A stretch of DNA of 63,884 bases from Myxococcales bacterium. GTDB lineage: Bacteria; Myxococcota; Myxococcia; Myxococcales; 40CM-4-68-19. A program made the translations under genes and the position numbers. Below the pieces are notes generated by a model that saw only the letters and a program-made list of their open reading frames with translations, was not told the DNA's origin and searched no databases. Location: NCBI GenBank assembly GCA_035635335.1, contig DASQBG010000223.1:1-63884 (forward strand). Reading direction: 5' to 3'. Below are positions 36,803-46,336 of the stretch, one piece after another; the stretch's first letter is position 1; every line of letters begins with the position of its first letter.

Positions 36803-37909
36803 CTATCCCAGGGGACGGGCGGTGACGAGCAGATCGTCTCCCACCCGGCTGCTGTCCACGATGCGCGCGCCGGGGGCCTGGTCCATGTGGCGGGGCCCTT
36901 CGAATCCGGCCCAGGAGAGCCCCCCCTCGCCCGCCACCCTGGGTGCGATGAAGAGGTACAGCTCGTCCCACAGCTTTCGGGAGAGGAAGCTCCCGTGGAT
37001 GCGCGCGCCGCCTTCGACCAGCACCGAGGTAATCCCCCGTCCGGCGAGGCGCCGGAGCAGGTCTTTCAGGTCCACCCGGCCGGCGCGGTCGGCGCGGCAC
37101 CGGACGATCTCCGCGCCCGCGCGCTGCAGCGCCTTCACCCGCGCGGGAGGAGCGCGGAGCGTGCAAGCGACCAGCGTGGGAGCGCCGGAGCGCTGCCGGA
37201 ACAGGCGCGCCGTCGCTGGCAGGCGTGCAGTGGAGTCCACCACGACCCGCACCGGATCGCGCGGCGGCACTCCGCGGGTGACCGAACGGCCCCGGGTGCT
37301 GGGGAGCCGGGAGGTGAGCCTGGGATCGTCGGCCAGCGCGGTGCCGACGCCGATCAGGACGGCGTCCATCTCGTCCCGGAGCACGTGGACCAGCATCCGC
37401 GATTCGCGGCCGCTCACCCAGCGCGCGTCCCCCGCTCGCGTGGCCATCTTGCCGTCGAGCGTGACCGCCGCCTTGAGCATCACCCACGGCAGCTTGCGGG
37501 TGATGTACTTGAACCACATCTCGTTGGTCGCGTCGCACGCGTCGCGCAGCACCCCGACCTCGACCGGCAGTCCGGCCGCGCGCAGCCGGCGGATGCCGCG
37601 GCCGTGGACCAGGGGGTTCGGGTCGACGCTGCCCACCACCACGCGGCGCACGCCGGAGGCGAGGATGGCCTCCGTGCACGGCGGCGTCCGGCCGTGGTGG
37701 TTGCAGGGCTCGAGCGTCACGTACAGGTCGGCGCCGCGCGCCCGCTCTCCGGCCTTGCGCAGCGCCACGACTTCCGCGTGGGGTCCGCCGGCCTTCTCGT
37801 GGTGCCCCGCGGCGATCACCTTGCCGCGCGAGACCACCAGCGCGCCCACGATCGGGTTGGGATGGGTGCGGCCGCGCCCCAGCTCGGCTTCGGCGAGCGC
37901 GTGGCGCAT
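36803..37909 (-). CDS. ribD: Bifunctional diaminohydroxyphosphoribosylaminopyrimidine deaminase / 5-amino-6-(5-phosphoribosylamino)uracil reductase
   Basis: 368 aa with THPNPIVGALVV, the deaminase zinc motifs HAEVVAL and TLEPCNHHGRTPPC, and a C-terminal reductase domain. Confidence 0.95.
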   Translation of the reverse strand: MRHALAEAELGRGRTHPNPIVGALVVSRGKVIAAGHHEKAGGPHAEVVALRKAGERARGADLYVTLEPCNHHGRTPPCTEAILASGVRRVVVGSVDPNPLVHGRGIRRLRAAGLPVEVGVLRDACDATNEMWFKYITRKLPWVMLKAAVTLDGKMATRAGDARWVSGRESRMLVHVLRDEMDAVLIGVGTALADDPRLTSRLPSTRGRSVTRGVPPRDPVRVVVDSTARLPATARLFRQRSGAPTLVACTLRAPPARVKALQRAGAEIVRCRADRAGRVDLKDLLRRLAGRGITSVLVEGGARIHGSFLSRKLWDELYLFIAPRVAGEGGLSWAGFEGPRHMDQAPGARIVDSSRVGDDLLVTARPLG

Positions 37910-37949
37910 GAGCCGCTCGTCGCGCGAGGGGGCCCTCCCGCCGGGCGGC

Positions 37950-38420
37950 CTACTTCTGCTTGCCCTTGCGCTCGTGGATCAGCTCCTTCAGCTCGCTCAT
38001 GAACTCGCCCAGGTCCTTGAACGAGCGGTACACCGAGGCGAAGCGCACGTAGGCCACCTCGTCGAGGCGCGACAGCTCGCGCATCACCGACTCGCCGATG
38101 AAGCTGCTCGGCACCTCCTTCTCGCCCAGCTCTTGCAGCCGCCGCTCGATTCCGTCGACGATGGCCTCGACCTGCTCGGAGGAGACCGGCCGCTTCTGGC
38201 AGGCGAGCTGGATACCGGCCACGACTTTGTGCCGGTCGAAGCTCTCCCGGCGGCCGTCCTTCTTCACCACCATCGGGAGGATCTCCTCGACCCGCTCGTA
38301 GGTGGTGAAGCGCCGCTCGCAGCCCAGGCATTCGCGCCGCCGCCGGATCACCGCGCCCTGGTTGGAGAGGCGCGAGTCGATGACCTTGTTCTCCAGCTCG
38401 GCGCAGAACGGGCACTTCAT
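37950..38420 (-). CDS. nrdR: Transcriptional repressor NrdR
   Basis: The ATG at 38420 overlaps the glyA stop (ATGA). [19 protein letters not shown]...[15 protein letters not shown] is the zinc ribbon, followed by an ATP-cone. Track ORF 37950..39716 is over-extended. Confidence 0.95.
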   Translation of the reverse strand: MKCPFCAELENKVIDSRLSNQGAVIRRRRECLGCERRFTTYERVEEILPMVVKKDGRRESFDRHKVVAGIQLACQKRPVSSEQVEAIVDGIERRLQELGEKEVPSSFIGESVMRELSRLDEVAYVRFASVYRSFKDLGEFMSELKELIHERKGKQK

Positions 38421-39685
38421 GCGCGCTGTCCGAGCCTCTTCGCGTAGAGAGGAAAGTGGCGGCAGAGCTCGCGCACCTCGCCGCGCACGCGCTCGTGCAC
38501 CCCGGCGTCCTCGGGCGCGTCGAGGACGCGCACGATCAGCTTCGCCACCGTCCGCATCTCCGCGGGGCCCATGCCCCGGGTGGTGAGCGCGGGAGTGCCG
38601 AGGCGAAGGCCGCTGGTGACGAAGGGTTTCTCCGGATCGCCGGGGATCATGTTCTTGTTGGTGGTGATCCCCGCCTTGCCCAGGGCCGTCTCGGCGATCT
38701 TGCCGGTCAGCTTCTTCGGGCGCAGGTCGCACAACATCAGATGCGTATCGGTCCCGCCCGCGACCAGGCGGAGCCCGCCCTCGATCAGGCCCTGCGCCAG
38801 CGCTTGCGCGTTGTCGAGGATGCGCTGCTGGTACTCCTTGAACTCCGGCCGCAGCGCCTCGCCGAAGGCGACCGCCTTGGCGGCGATGATGTGCTCGAGC
38901 GGTCCGCCCTGGATTCCCGGGAAGACGTTCGAGTCCACCGCCTTGGCGTGCTGCTGCTTGCAGAGGATCAGCCCGGAGCGCGGCCCGCGCAGCGTCTTGT
39001 GGGTGGTGGTGGTGACCGCGTCGGCGAGCGGCACCGGGCTGGGGTGGAGCCCGACCGCGACCAGGCCGGCGATGTGCGCGATGTCGCAGATCATCATCGC
39101 GCCCACCTCCTCGGAGATCTCGCGGAACCGCACGAAGTCGAGCGTGCGCGGGTAGGCCGAGGCGCCGCAGAGGACGGCGCGGGGACGGATCTCCTGGGCC
39201 AGCTTGCGCGTGGCGGAGAAGTCGATGGTCTCGGTCCTGGGATCGAGCCCGTAGTGGTGGATCTCGAAGAGCTTGCCGGAGAAGTTCACCGGAGAGCCGT
39301 GCGTGAGATGGCCGCCCTGCGCGAGCGAGAGCGAGAGGATGCGGTCGCCGGGCCGGAGCAAGGCGAAGTAGGTGGCCATGTTCGCCTGCGACCCGGCGTG
39401 CGGCTGGACGTTGGCGTGCTCGGCGCCGAAGAGCGTCTTGGCGCGGTCGATGGCAAGCTGCTCGACCTTGTCGACCACCTCGCACCCGCCGTAGTACCGC
39501 TTCCCGGGGAGGCCTTCGGCGTACTTGTTGGTCAAAGGCGATCCGGCCGCCTCCAGCACCGCCTCGGAAACGAAGTTCTCGCTTGCGATCAGCTCGAGCC
39601 CATCGGCCTGCCGCGCCGTCTCCTCCCGGATCAGCTTCGCCACTTCCGGGTCGACAGCGGCCAGCGGCTTCTCGAACGAATCCAT
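38417..39685 (-). CDS. glyA: Serine hydroxymethyltransferase
   Basis: 422 aa with [23 protein letters not shown] and [14 protein letters not shown] (PLP lysine motif). Confidence 0.98.
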   Translation of the reverse strand: MDSFEKPLAAVDPEVAKLIREETARQADGLELIASENFVSEAVLEAAGSPLTNKYAEGLPGKRYYGGCEVVDKVEQLAIDRAKTLFGAEHANVQPHAGSQANMATYFALLRPGDRILSLSLAQGGHLTHGSPVNFSGKLFEIHHYGLDPRTETIDFSATRKLAQEIRPRAVLCGASAYPRTLDFVRFREISEEVGAMMICDIAHIAGLVAVGLHPSPVPLADAVTTTTHKTLRGPRSGLILCKQQHAKAVDSNVFPGIQGGPLEHIIAAKAVAFGEALRPEFKEYQQRILDNAQALAQGLIEGGLRLVAGGTDTHLMLCDLRPKKLTGKIAETALGKAGITTNKNMIPGDPEKPFVTSGLRLGTPALTTRGMGPAEMRTVAKLIVRVLDAPEDAGVHERVRGEVRELCRHFPLYAKRLGQRA

Positions 39686-39740
39686 CTCGTCTCCCTAGGG
39701 GGAAGTCCCGCGTCATACCACAACGGATGGGGCCAAAATC

Positions 39741-39864
39741 GTTTCACGCAGAGCGCGCAGAGGACGCAGAGGATTCTTTTCGGCTCCGCTTCGATCGCGC
39801 GCGCCGGCTCGAGCGGAGATCAAATCGATCCACCTCTGCGACCTCTGCGAGCTCTGCGTGAAAC
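39741..39864. repeat. Palindromic intergenic element, family A copy 2
   Basis: The left arm is CACGCAGAG-CGCGCAGAG-GACGCAGAG (39745..39771). The right arm is CTCTGCGAC-CTCTGCGAG-CTCTGCGTG (39834..39860). It is flanked by GTTTC/GAAAC. The core holds an inner inverted repeat CTCCGCT...AGCGGAG. It lies between glyA and fabF. Confidence 0.9.
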
Positions 39865-39889
39865 GTTTCTAGTCCCTGAGCGCGGGGGG

Positions 39890-41137
39890 TCAGTCGCGGA
39901 AGCGCTGGAAGGCGAGGACGGCGTTGGTCCCGCCGAAGCCGAAGGAGTTGGAGAGGGCCGACTCGATGCGGACCTCGCGCGCGTGTTTGGGCACGTAGTC
40001 GAGATCGCACTCCGGATCGGGATCGTCGAGGTTGATGGTGGGCGGGACGATGCCGTGGTAGAGCGCCAGCGCGGTGAACGCGGCCTCGACGCCGCCGGCC
40101 GCGCCGAGCAGGTGCCCGGTCATGCTCTTCGTCGAGCTGACCATCAGCCCCTTCTTCGCCCAGTCTCCGAACACCGTCTTCATGGCCTTGGTCTCGGCGA
40201 TGTCGCCGACCGGCGTGGAGGTCCCGTGTGCGTTGACGTACTGCACCTGGTCCGGGCGCAGGCCGGCGTCGTCGAGGCAGAGGCGCATCGCGCGCTCGGC
40301 GCCGACGCCGGAGGGCTGGGTGATGTGGAACGCGTCCGCGGTCGCCGAATAGCCGGTCAGCTCGCAGTAGATGCGCGCGCCCCGCTTGCGCGCGTGCTCG
40401 AGCTCCTCGACGATCAGGATGCCGGCGCCCTCCCCGGCCACGAATCCGTCGCGGTCCTTGTCGAACGGCCGCGAGGCCTTCTCGGGCGCGTCGTTGCGCT
40501 CGCTGAGCGCGCGCGCCGCGGTGAAGCCGGAGATGCCCAGCAGGGTGATGGTCGCTTCCGCGCCCCCGCTGATCACCAGGTCGACGTCGCCGTGCTGGAT
40601 GTGCCGCATCGACTCGCCGATGGCGTGGTTCCCGGTGGCGCACGCCGAGACGGGCGCGTAGTTCACCCCGGCCGCGCCGTACCGGATGGAGATCTGGCCG
40701 CCGACCAGGTTGACGATGATCGACGGGATGAAGAACGGGTTCACGCGGCGGTGGCCCTTGTTCACCGCCGTCAGATGCGTGTCCTCCAGGGTGGCGAGGC
40801 CGCCCATCCCGCTGCCCACGATCACTCCGCAGCGGTCGCCGAGCGGCTTGTCGGTGGGGAGCCCCGAGTCCTCCAGCGCCAGCTGGGTGGCCGCCAGCCC
40901 GAACTGGATGAAGAGGTCGTTGCGGCGCGCCTCCTTCTTGTCCATGAAGGCGGCCGGATCGAACCCCTTGACCTCGCCCGCGAAGCGGCAGGGCAGGTCC
41001 TTGGCGTCGAAGCGGGTGATCGGCCCCACGCCGCTCTTGCCGGCGATCGCCGCCTCCCACGTCTGCTGGGTGCCGATCCCCAGCGGCGTGACGAGCCCGA
41101 TTCCGGTGACGACGACTCTGCGCTCAACGCGTGGCAT
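39890..41137 (-). CDS. fabF: Beta-ketoacyl-ACP synthase II
   Basis: 415 aa with VVVTGIGLVTPLG, active-site SACATG, and HGTSTPVGD ... GHLLGAAG. Confidence 0.97.
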   Translation of the reverse strand: MPRVERRVVVTGIGLVTPLGIGTQQTWEAAIAGKSGVGPITRFDAKDLPCRFAGEVKGFDPAAFMDKKEARRNDLFIQFGLAATQLALEDSGLPTDKPLGDRCGVIVGSGMGGLATLEDTHLTAVNKGHRRVNPFFIPSIIVNLVGGQISIRYGAAGVNYAPVSACATGNHAIGESMRHIQHGDVDLVISGGAEATITLLGISGFTAARALSERNDAPEKASRPFDKDRDGFVAGEGAGILIVEELEHARKRGARIYCELTGYSATADAFHITQPSGVGAERAMRLCLDDAGLRPDQVQYVNAHGTSTPVGDIAETKAMKTVFGDWAKKGLMVSSTKSMTGHLLGAAGGVEAAFTALALYHGIVPPTINLDDPDPECDLDYVPKHAREVRIESALSNSFGFGGTNAVLAFQRFRD

Positions 41138-41197
41138 GCGTCCCTGAGGGTAGCTGCGACCTGCCCGACCCGCCAGCTTCAGCCGCCGGCCGCCCGC

Positions 41198-41431
41198 CTA
41201 CTTCTTGTGCTCGTTGATGAAGTTGACCGCGTCCTGGACGGTCTTGATGTGCTCGGCCTCCTCGTCCGGGATCTCCACCTCGAACTCCTCCTCCATGGCC
41301 ATCACCAGCTCGACGATGTCGAGGGAGTCGGCGCCGAGGTCCTCGATGAAGGCGGACTCGGGCTTGATCTCGTCCTCGCCGACGCCGAGCTGCTCCGCGA
41401 TGATGCTCTTGACCTTCGCCTCGACGGACAT
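41198..41431 (-). CDS. acpP: Acyl carrier protein
   Basis: The ATG at 41431 gives [17 protein letters not shown]...[23 protein letters not shown] (DSL phosphopantetheine site), 77 aa. Confidence 0.97.
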   Translation of the reverse strand: MSVEAKVKSIIAEQLGVGEDEIKPESAFIEDLGADSLDIVELVMAMEEEFEVEIPDEEAEHIKTVQDAVNFINEHKK

Positions 41432-41519
41432 TGCTCTTCCTTTCGCTTGTGGCCGAGCCAGGCTGGCGCGGCCTTGTAACACAGGCGGACCGACTGGCAA
41501 GGGGCTGGGTGAATCACCT

Positions 41520-42083
41520 CTATTGGCAGATGCCGTTGATGCAGCGGAACCCGGCGTGGCAGTCCAGATCCGATTGGCAGCGCACGCCTTCGGTGCGGGT
41601 CACGCACTGGCCGTAGTAGCAGGTCTCCGGCCAGGGGCAATCGCGGTTGTCGAAGCACTGCGCGAGCTGGCCTCCCGACTGCCGCTGGCAGATGCCGATC
41701 TTGCAGGTCTCCCCCTCGCGGCAGTCCTTGTTGCCAGCGCACATCACCGTACACTTTCCCTCGCGGCACTTGTAGCCAGCCAGACATTGCTGCCCGCCCT
41801 GGGCGGCCGTGGGCGTCGTGCCCCCGTCGGCCGACTCGGAGACGTCGCAATCGCCGAACGATTTCCACTGGCAGGTCCGCGCCTTGCCGCGTCCCGCATC
41901 CTCGCCCGCCGCGGCCATCGGCGCGCCGGATTCGTCGACGCACTCCAGACCGTACGCGCAGTCCAGGTTGCGCGTGCACGCGTCCTTGATCCCCTTCCGG
42001 TTGTTCCCGGCTCCGGCGCAGGCGAGGCCCACGGCCAGGCCGGCGGCGGCGGAGATCATCACTGCGGCGAGCGATCGACTCAC
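41520..42083 (-). CDS. Cysteine-repeat secreted lipoprotein, sitting where fabG is normally found
   Basis: The GTG at 42083 overlaps the fabD stop (GTGA), with an alternative ATG at 42059. The signal is (M)[21 protein letters not shown]. Five C-x(3-5)-(D)C-x(4-5)-C-x(3-4)-C units follow ([54 protein letters not shown] and others). Track ORF 41520..42590 is over-extended. Confidence 0.7.
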   Translation of the reverse strand: MSRSLAAVMISAAAGLAVGLACAGAGNNRKGIKDACTRNLDCAYGLECVDESGAPMAAAGEDAGRGKARTCQWKSFGDCDVSESADGGTTPTAAQGGQQCLAGYKCREGKCTVMCAGNKDCREGETCKIGICQRQSGGQLAQCFDNRDCPWPETCYYGQCVTRTEGVRCQSDLDCHAGFRCINGICQ

Positions 42084-43033
42084 TTGAACACCTCGTTCAG
42101 GACCACCCGCAGGCTCTCCGGGTCCTCGACGTTGAACGCGCGAAGCTTCTTGTCGATGCGCCGCGAGAGCCCCGTCAGCACCTTGCCGGGCCCCAGCTCG
42201 ATCAGCGTGTCCACCCCGGACATCGCCATGCGCTGCACCGACTCCACCCAGCGCACCGGCGCGGTGACCTGGCTGAGCAACAGCTCGAGGATCCGCGCCG
42301 GGTCCGTGCTCGGCTCGGCGGTCACGTTGGCGACGATGGGCGCGGAGGGCTGCTTGAGCGGAATGGTCCCCAGCACCTCGGCGAGGCGGGGCTGCACCGG
42401 CGCCATCAGCGAGCAGTGGAAAGGAGCGGAGACGGGCAGCGGCAACGCGCGCTTGGCGCCGCGCTCCTTGCATTTCGAGATGGCCCGGTCGACGGCGGGC
42501 GCATGGCCGGCGATCACCGTCTGCTCTGGCGAGTTGTAGTTCGCCGGCTCCACTACCCGGCCGGGCTCTTCCGCCTGGGCGTCCTTGCACGCCTGGGCGA
42601 CCTGGTGCGGCTCGAGGCCCAGGATGGCCGCCATCGCGCCTTCTCCGGCGGGCACCGCATCCTGCATGAACGTGCCGCGGGCGCGCAGGGCCCGGATGGC
42701 GTCCTGGAGCTGCATGGAGCCGGCCGCCACCAGGGCCGAGTACTCGCCCAGCGAATGACCGGCGTAGAACAGCGGCAGCTGCAGCCGCCCGCCCGCCTCC
42801 TTCACCAGCACGCGGTGGGCGGCGATGGAGACGGCGAGGATCGCCGGCTGCGTGTTGGCGGTCTTGCGCAGCTCCTCATCCGGGCCCTCGAACAGGAGCC
42901 GCAAGAGGCCCCCGCCCAGGGCCGCGTCGGCCTCGTCGAGGACGGCGCGCGCCTCGGGATAGGCCTGCGCCAGGGCCTGGCCCATCGCCACCGCCTGCGA
43001 ACCCTGCCCAGGAAAGACGAACGCGACCGGCAT
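42080..43033 (-). CDS. fabD: Malonyl-CoA:ACP transacylase
   Basis: 317 aa with FVFPGQGSQ, the active-site GHSLGEYSAL, and VSAPFHCSLM. Confidence 0.97.
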   Translation of the reverse strand: MPVAFVFPGQGSQAVAMGQALAQAYPEARAVLDEADAALGGGLLRLLFEGPDEELRKTANTQPAILAVSIAAHRVLVKEAGGRLQLPLFYAGHSLGEYSALVAAGSMQLQDAIRALRARGTFMQDAVPAGEGAMAAILGLEPHQVAQACKDAQAEEPGRVVEPANYNSPEQTVIAGHAPAVDRAISKCKERGAKRALPLPVSAPFHCSLMAPVQPRLAEVLGTIPLKQPSAPIVANVTAEPSTDPARILELLLSQVTAPVRWVESVQRMAMSGVDTLIELGPGKVLTGLSRRIDKKLRAFNVEDPESLRVVLNEVFK

Positions 43034-43046
43034 GTCCCCTCCGGCG

Positions 43047-44036
43047 CTACCACTTGACCAATGCGCTGCCCCAGGCCATGCCGCCGCCGATGGCCATCAT
43101 CAGCACCAGGTCGCCGTCCTTGAGCCTTCCGGCCCTGTTCGCCTGATCGAGCGTGAGCGGGACGGAGGCCGAGGAGGTATTTCCCACCTGCTCGATGTTC
43201 TGCTCGCACTTCTCCAGCGGGATCTCCAGCTTCTTCATCACGTGCTCGAGGATGCGCAGGTTGGCCTGATGGGCGATCACCCGATCGACGTCCTGCGGCC
43301 GGTAGCCGTTGCGCTCGAGCGCCTCGCGCGAGCATCCCTCCAGCGCGCGCACCGCCGTCTTGTAGACCTCGCGCCCGTTCATCTTGATGAACTGGTCGCG
43401 GCGGTCGAGGACGTCCTGGTTCATCGGTTTGAGCGAGCCGCCCCCGGGGATGTTGAGGATGCCGGCTTGCGTGCCGTCCGTGTGGAGATGGGTGGACAGG
43501 AGCCCGCGGTCGGTCCGCGTCTCGGGGACCAGCACCATCGCGCCCGCCGCGTCGCCGAAGAGCACGCAGGTGGAGCGGTCCGACCAGTCGGTCACGCGCG
43601 TGAGCAGCTCGGCGCCGAGCACCAGCACCTTCCGGGCCATGCCGCCGCGGATGTATTGGTCCGCGATGGAGAGGGCGAAGAGCGATCCGGCGCACGCCGC
43701 CGACACGTCGAAGGCAGCGGCCTTGGTGGCGCCGATCTTCGACTGGACGAAGCAAGCCGCCGCGGGAAAGGGCATGTCCGCGGTGACGGTGCCGCAGATG
43801 ATCAGGTCCAGCTCCTCGGGCCGGACGCCTGCCATCTCCAGCGCCTTCTTGGAGGCGGCAGTGGCCATGTCGCTGGTCGCCTCGTTCGGCGCGGCGATGC
43901 GGCGGGCGCCGATTCCGGTCCGCTCCCGGATCCAGGAGTCGCTGGTCTCGATTCCCATCTTCTGCGAGAGGTCGTCGTTCGTGACCACCCGCTCGGGCAG
44001 GTAGGTGCCGGTGCCGACGATCCGGGAACGCTGCAT
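43047..44036 (-). CDS. fabH: Beta-ketoacyl-ACP synthase III
   Basis: The start is taken at ATG 44036 (MQRSRIVGTGTYLPERVV). Motifs are SAACAGSLFAL (active Cys), HQANLRIL and GNTSSASVPL. Confidence 0.95.
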   Translation of the reverse strand: MQRSRIVGTGTYLPERVVTNDDLSQKMGIETSDSWIRERTGIGARRIAAPNEATSDMATAASKKALEMAGVRPEELDLIICGTVTADMPFPAAACFVQSKIGATKAAAFDVSAACAGSLFALSIADQYIRGGMARKVLVLGAELLTRVTDWSDRSTCVLFGDAAGAMVLVPETRTDRGLLSTHLHTDGTQAGILNIPGGGSLKPMNQDVLDRRDQFIKMNGREVYKTAVRALEGCSREALERNGYRPQDVDRVIAHQANLRILEHVMKKLEIPLEKCEQNIEQVGNTSSASVPLTLDQANRAGRLKDGDLVLMMAIGGGMAWGSALVKW

Positions 44037-44084
44037 CGTTTTGCTCCGCGAAAGCTTGCACAAAGCCCTTAGACAACCGCCGCG

Positions 44085-45083
44085 TCAAGTCTTGAAGAGC
44101 GCAACTCCCCGCAGCGCGGCCGCGGTGAGGTCGTCCTCGAGCCGTTGCGCGGCGAAGGCATCGGCCCCGGAGAGCGCGTTCAGGATGGCCCGCGGGCTCG
44201 AACGTCCGTGCGCGATGACGCCGACGCCGTGGATGCCGAGCAGAGGAGCACCTCCCACTTCTTCGTAATCGACGCGCTTCTTCACCTGATCGAGCTGGCC
44301 GCGCAGCAGCAGCGCGCCCGCGCTCGCCACCGCGCTGGCCTGGATCTGGCGCTTGAGGAGCTGGCCGAAGGCCCACACCGCGCCCTCGGCGGTCTTGAGG
44401 AGGACGTTGCCGGTGAAGCCGTCGGTCGCGATCACGTCGAAGTCGCCGGCGAACACGTCCTTGCCCTCGACGTAGCCGCGGAAGGTGACGCCGCTCGCGG
44501 GGTTGCGCAGCGCCGCGGCCGCCGCGCGGGTCAGGTCGGTTCCCTTCCCTTCTTCTTCCCCGTTGGCGACGATGCCCACCCGCGGCTGCGGGATGCCCAG
44601 AACCTTGCGCGCGTAGACTTCCCCGAGCAGCGCGAACTGCACCAGCTGGAGCGGGGTGACCTCCACGTTGGCGCCCATGTCGACCAGCACCGAGCGGCCC
44701 ACCGCGCCCAGCGAGGGAAGGAAGCCGCCGATGCATGGGCGGTCGACGTGATCCAGCCGCCCCAGGACGAAGAGGCCGCCGGCCAGCACGGCGCCGGAGT
44801 TCCCTGCCGAGACCATCGCGCTCGCCTGGCCCGCCTTGCAGAGATCGAAGGCCACCCGGATCGAGCTGTCCTTCTTCTTGCGCAGCGCCTGCCCCGGGTG
44901 CTCGTCCATGTCCACCACCTGCGAGGCGTGGTGTACCCGGAGCTCCTGCGCGCCTGCTCCGTGGCGGCGCAGCTCTTCCCGCACGCGCGGTTCGTCGCCG
45001 ACCAGCACGACCTCGAGCCCCCGCTCCCGGTGCGCGCGCAGGGCGCCCCCGACCGTCGCCGCCGGAGCGAGGTCACCGCCCAT
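44085..45083 (-). CDS. plsX: Phosphate acyltransferase PlsX. The true start is probably a few codons upstream, see findings.
   Basis: It has the MGGD... N-terminus, plus SAGNSGA and GFTGNVLLKT. The in-frame upstream codons read T-I-A-L-D-A before the ATG, completing the conserved IA(V/L)DAMGGD motif. Confidence 0.93.
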   Translation of the reverse strand: MGGDLAPAATVGGALRAHRERGLEVVLVGDEPRVREELRRHGAGAQELRVHHASQVVDMDEHPGQALRKKKDSSIRVAFDLCKAGQASAMVSAGNSGAVLAGGLFVLGRLDHVDRPCIGGFLPSLGAVGRSVLVDMGANVEVTPLQLVQFALLGEVYARKVLGIPQPRVGIVANGEEEGKGTDLTRAAAAALRNPASGVTFRGYVEGKDVFAGDFDVIATDGFTGNVLLKTAEGAVWAFGQLLKRQIQASAVASAGALLLRGQLDQVKKRVDYEEVGGAPLLGIHGVGVIAHGRSSPRAILNALSGADAFAAQRLEDDLTAAALRGVALFKT

Positions 45084-45102
45084 TGCGTCGAGAGCGATCG
45101 TA

Positions 45103-45285
45103 TCAGTCTTCCTTGCCCTTCATGACCACCCGCCCCTGGTACTCGCCGCACTTGGGGCACGCGCGGTGGGACAGCACGGGCTCGCCGCACTTCGGGCACG
45201 CGCCCACGTTCGGCGCGGTCAACTTCCAGTGCGCCCGGCGCTGGTCGCGCTTCTGCCGGCTGGTGCGCTTCTTCGGGACTCCCAT
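45103..45285 (-). CDS. rpmF: 50S ribosomal protein L32
   Basis: 60 aa with MGVPKKRTSRQKRDQRRAH and the zinc knuckle CPKCGE...CPKCG. Confidence 0.96.
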   Translation of the reverse strand: MGVPKKRTSRQKRDQRRAHWKLTAPNVGACPKCGEPVLSHRACPKCGEYQGRVVMKGKED

Positions 45286-45286
45286 C

Positions 45287-45880
45287 TCACTTCTCCTTCT
45301 TCTCGAGCTGGATGGACTTGAGCGCCGCCCAGCGTGGGTCGATCGTCGTCTTCTCGCAGCCGCAGTCGCCGGCGTTCAGGTCCTTGCCGCAAGTCGGGCA
45401 CAGGCCCTTGCACGCCTCGTCGCACACCGGAGACGGAGGGACCGCCAGGAGGATCTGCTCGCGCAGCGCGGGAGCCAGGTCGATGGTCTTCCCGCTGTAG
45501 AGCTCCTCGTCGACCGTCTCCGGGTCGAAGGAGGCGGCCTGCTCGGGCTCGCCGCGATCGCGGGCGGGGCGGCGGGGCTGCTCGGGCGCTGGGCCCTCGC
45601 GCGGCACGTAGGTGAGCGTCAGGTCGATCGGCTCGTCGAGGCGCACCTTCTTCAGGCACCGCTTGCACTGTCCCTCCAGGGGCACCGTGAAATGCGACTG
45701 GAGGAGGACGCTGCGCCCCAGCTTGGTCAAACGGCCGCGTACGTGCGCGGCGCCCGCCGCGTGGTACTCCGTCGGAGGCTCGCCGCGCAGGACGGCGTCG
45801 ATGAACTCGCGGGGCAAGTCGGCCTGCCATTCCTGACCCGACTCGGCGATCCCGTCGACGTCGATGGTGAGCGATTCCAA
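45287..45880 (-). CDS. yceD: YceD/DUF177 family protein (large-subunit rRNA accumulation factor)
   Basis: 197 aa immediately upstream of rpmF, with CKRCLKKV ... CDEACKGLCPTCGKDLNAGDCGC Cys clusters typical of DUF177. Confidence 0.88.
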   Translation of the reverse strand: MESLTIDVDGIAESGQEWQADLPREFIDAVLRGEPPTEYHAAGAAHVRGRLTKLGRSVLLQSHFTVPLEGQCKRCLKKVRLDEPIDLTLTYVPREGPAPEQPRRPARDRGEPEQAASFDPETVDEELYSGKTIDLAPALREQILLAVPPSPVCDEACKGLCPTCGKDLNAGDCGCEKTTIDPRWAALKSIQLEKKEK

Positions 45881-46039
45881 GGTCCTAGCCTGCCTGCGGA
45901 AAGCGGCGCACCATAGGGGCGGCCCGGGTGGAAGTCAAGGCGGTGCGCTTCGCCGCCCGCCCGCTCGCCGGCACGCGGTGCGCGACGGTCGGCGCCGGCG
46001 GCGGTTGACCGTCGGGCTGCCGCCCTCTAGGTTGCGGCT

Positions 46040-46336
46040 GTGGCACGGATCCTCGGCTGGATGTGCGCCGGAGCGCTGGTGGCGGTCATCCTCACCACCT
46101 GGCTCGCGCCCTCGGTGTTCGTGTGGTGGTTCACGCCGCCCGCCGGCCTCACCATGACCTTCGACGCGCCCAAGGCCATCCAGTGGGGGATGAACCGCCT
46201 GGTGCACGCCCAGATGATCTCGATCGTCGTCGGCGCGATCCTGGGGCTCGTCGCCGGGATGCTGTTCCGGCGCAGGAGCGCATCCCCTCCGCCGCGCGAG
46301 CACGTAGCGCCAACCCCGCAGAAAACTACGACTTAA
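46040..46336 (+). CDS. Hypothetical small membrane protein (2 TM)
   Basis: 98 aa from a GTG start, with an alternative ATG at 46061. The two hydrophobic helices are GALVAVILTTWLAPSVFVWWF and MISIVVGAILGLVAGMLF. No family recognised. Confidence 0.45.
   Translation: MARILGWMCAGALVAVILTTWLAPSVFVWWFTPPAGLTMTFDAPKAIQWGMNRLVHAQMISIVVGAILGLVAGMLFRRRSASPPPREHVAPTPQKTTT

Noticed and set aside
37910-37949. An expected FMN riboswitch upstream of the riboflavin genes
   Set aside because: Only 40 nt separate nrdR from ribD, and the whole glyA-nrdR-ribD-ribE-ribBA-ribH-nusB string is contiguous. There is no room for an RFN element. nrdR-ribD linkage without a riboswitch is already known from enterobacteria.
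36803-37949. An N-terminally missing start for ribD, analogous to the plsX case (upstream codons read S-R-D-E-R-L before the ATG)
   Set aside because: The ATG aligns with the conserved Met of the (Y/L)M-x-x-AL motif found a few residues into other RibD proteins. The upstream residues are not strongly conserved in the family, so the ATG start is adequate.
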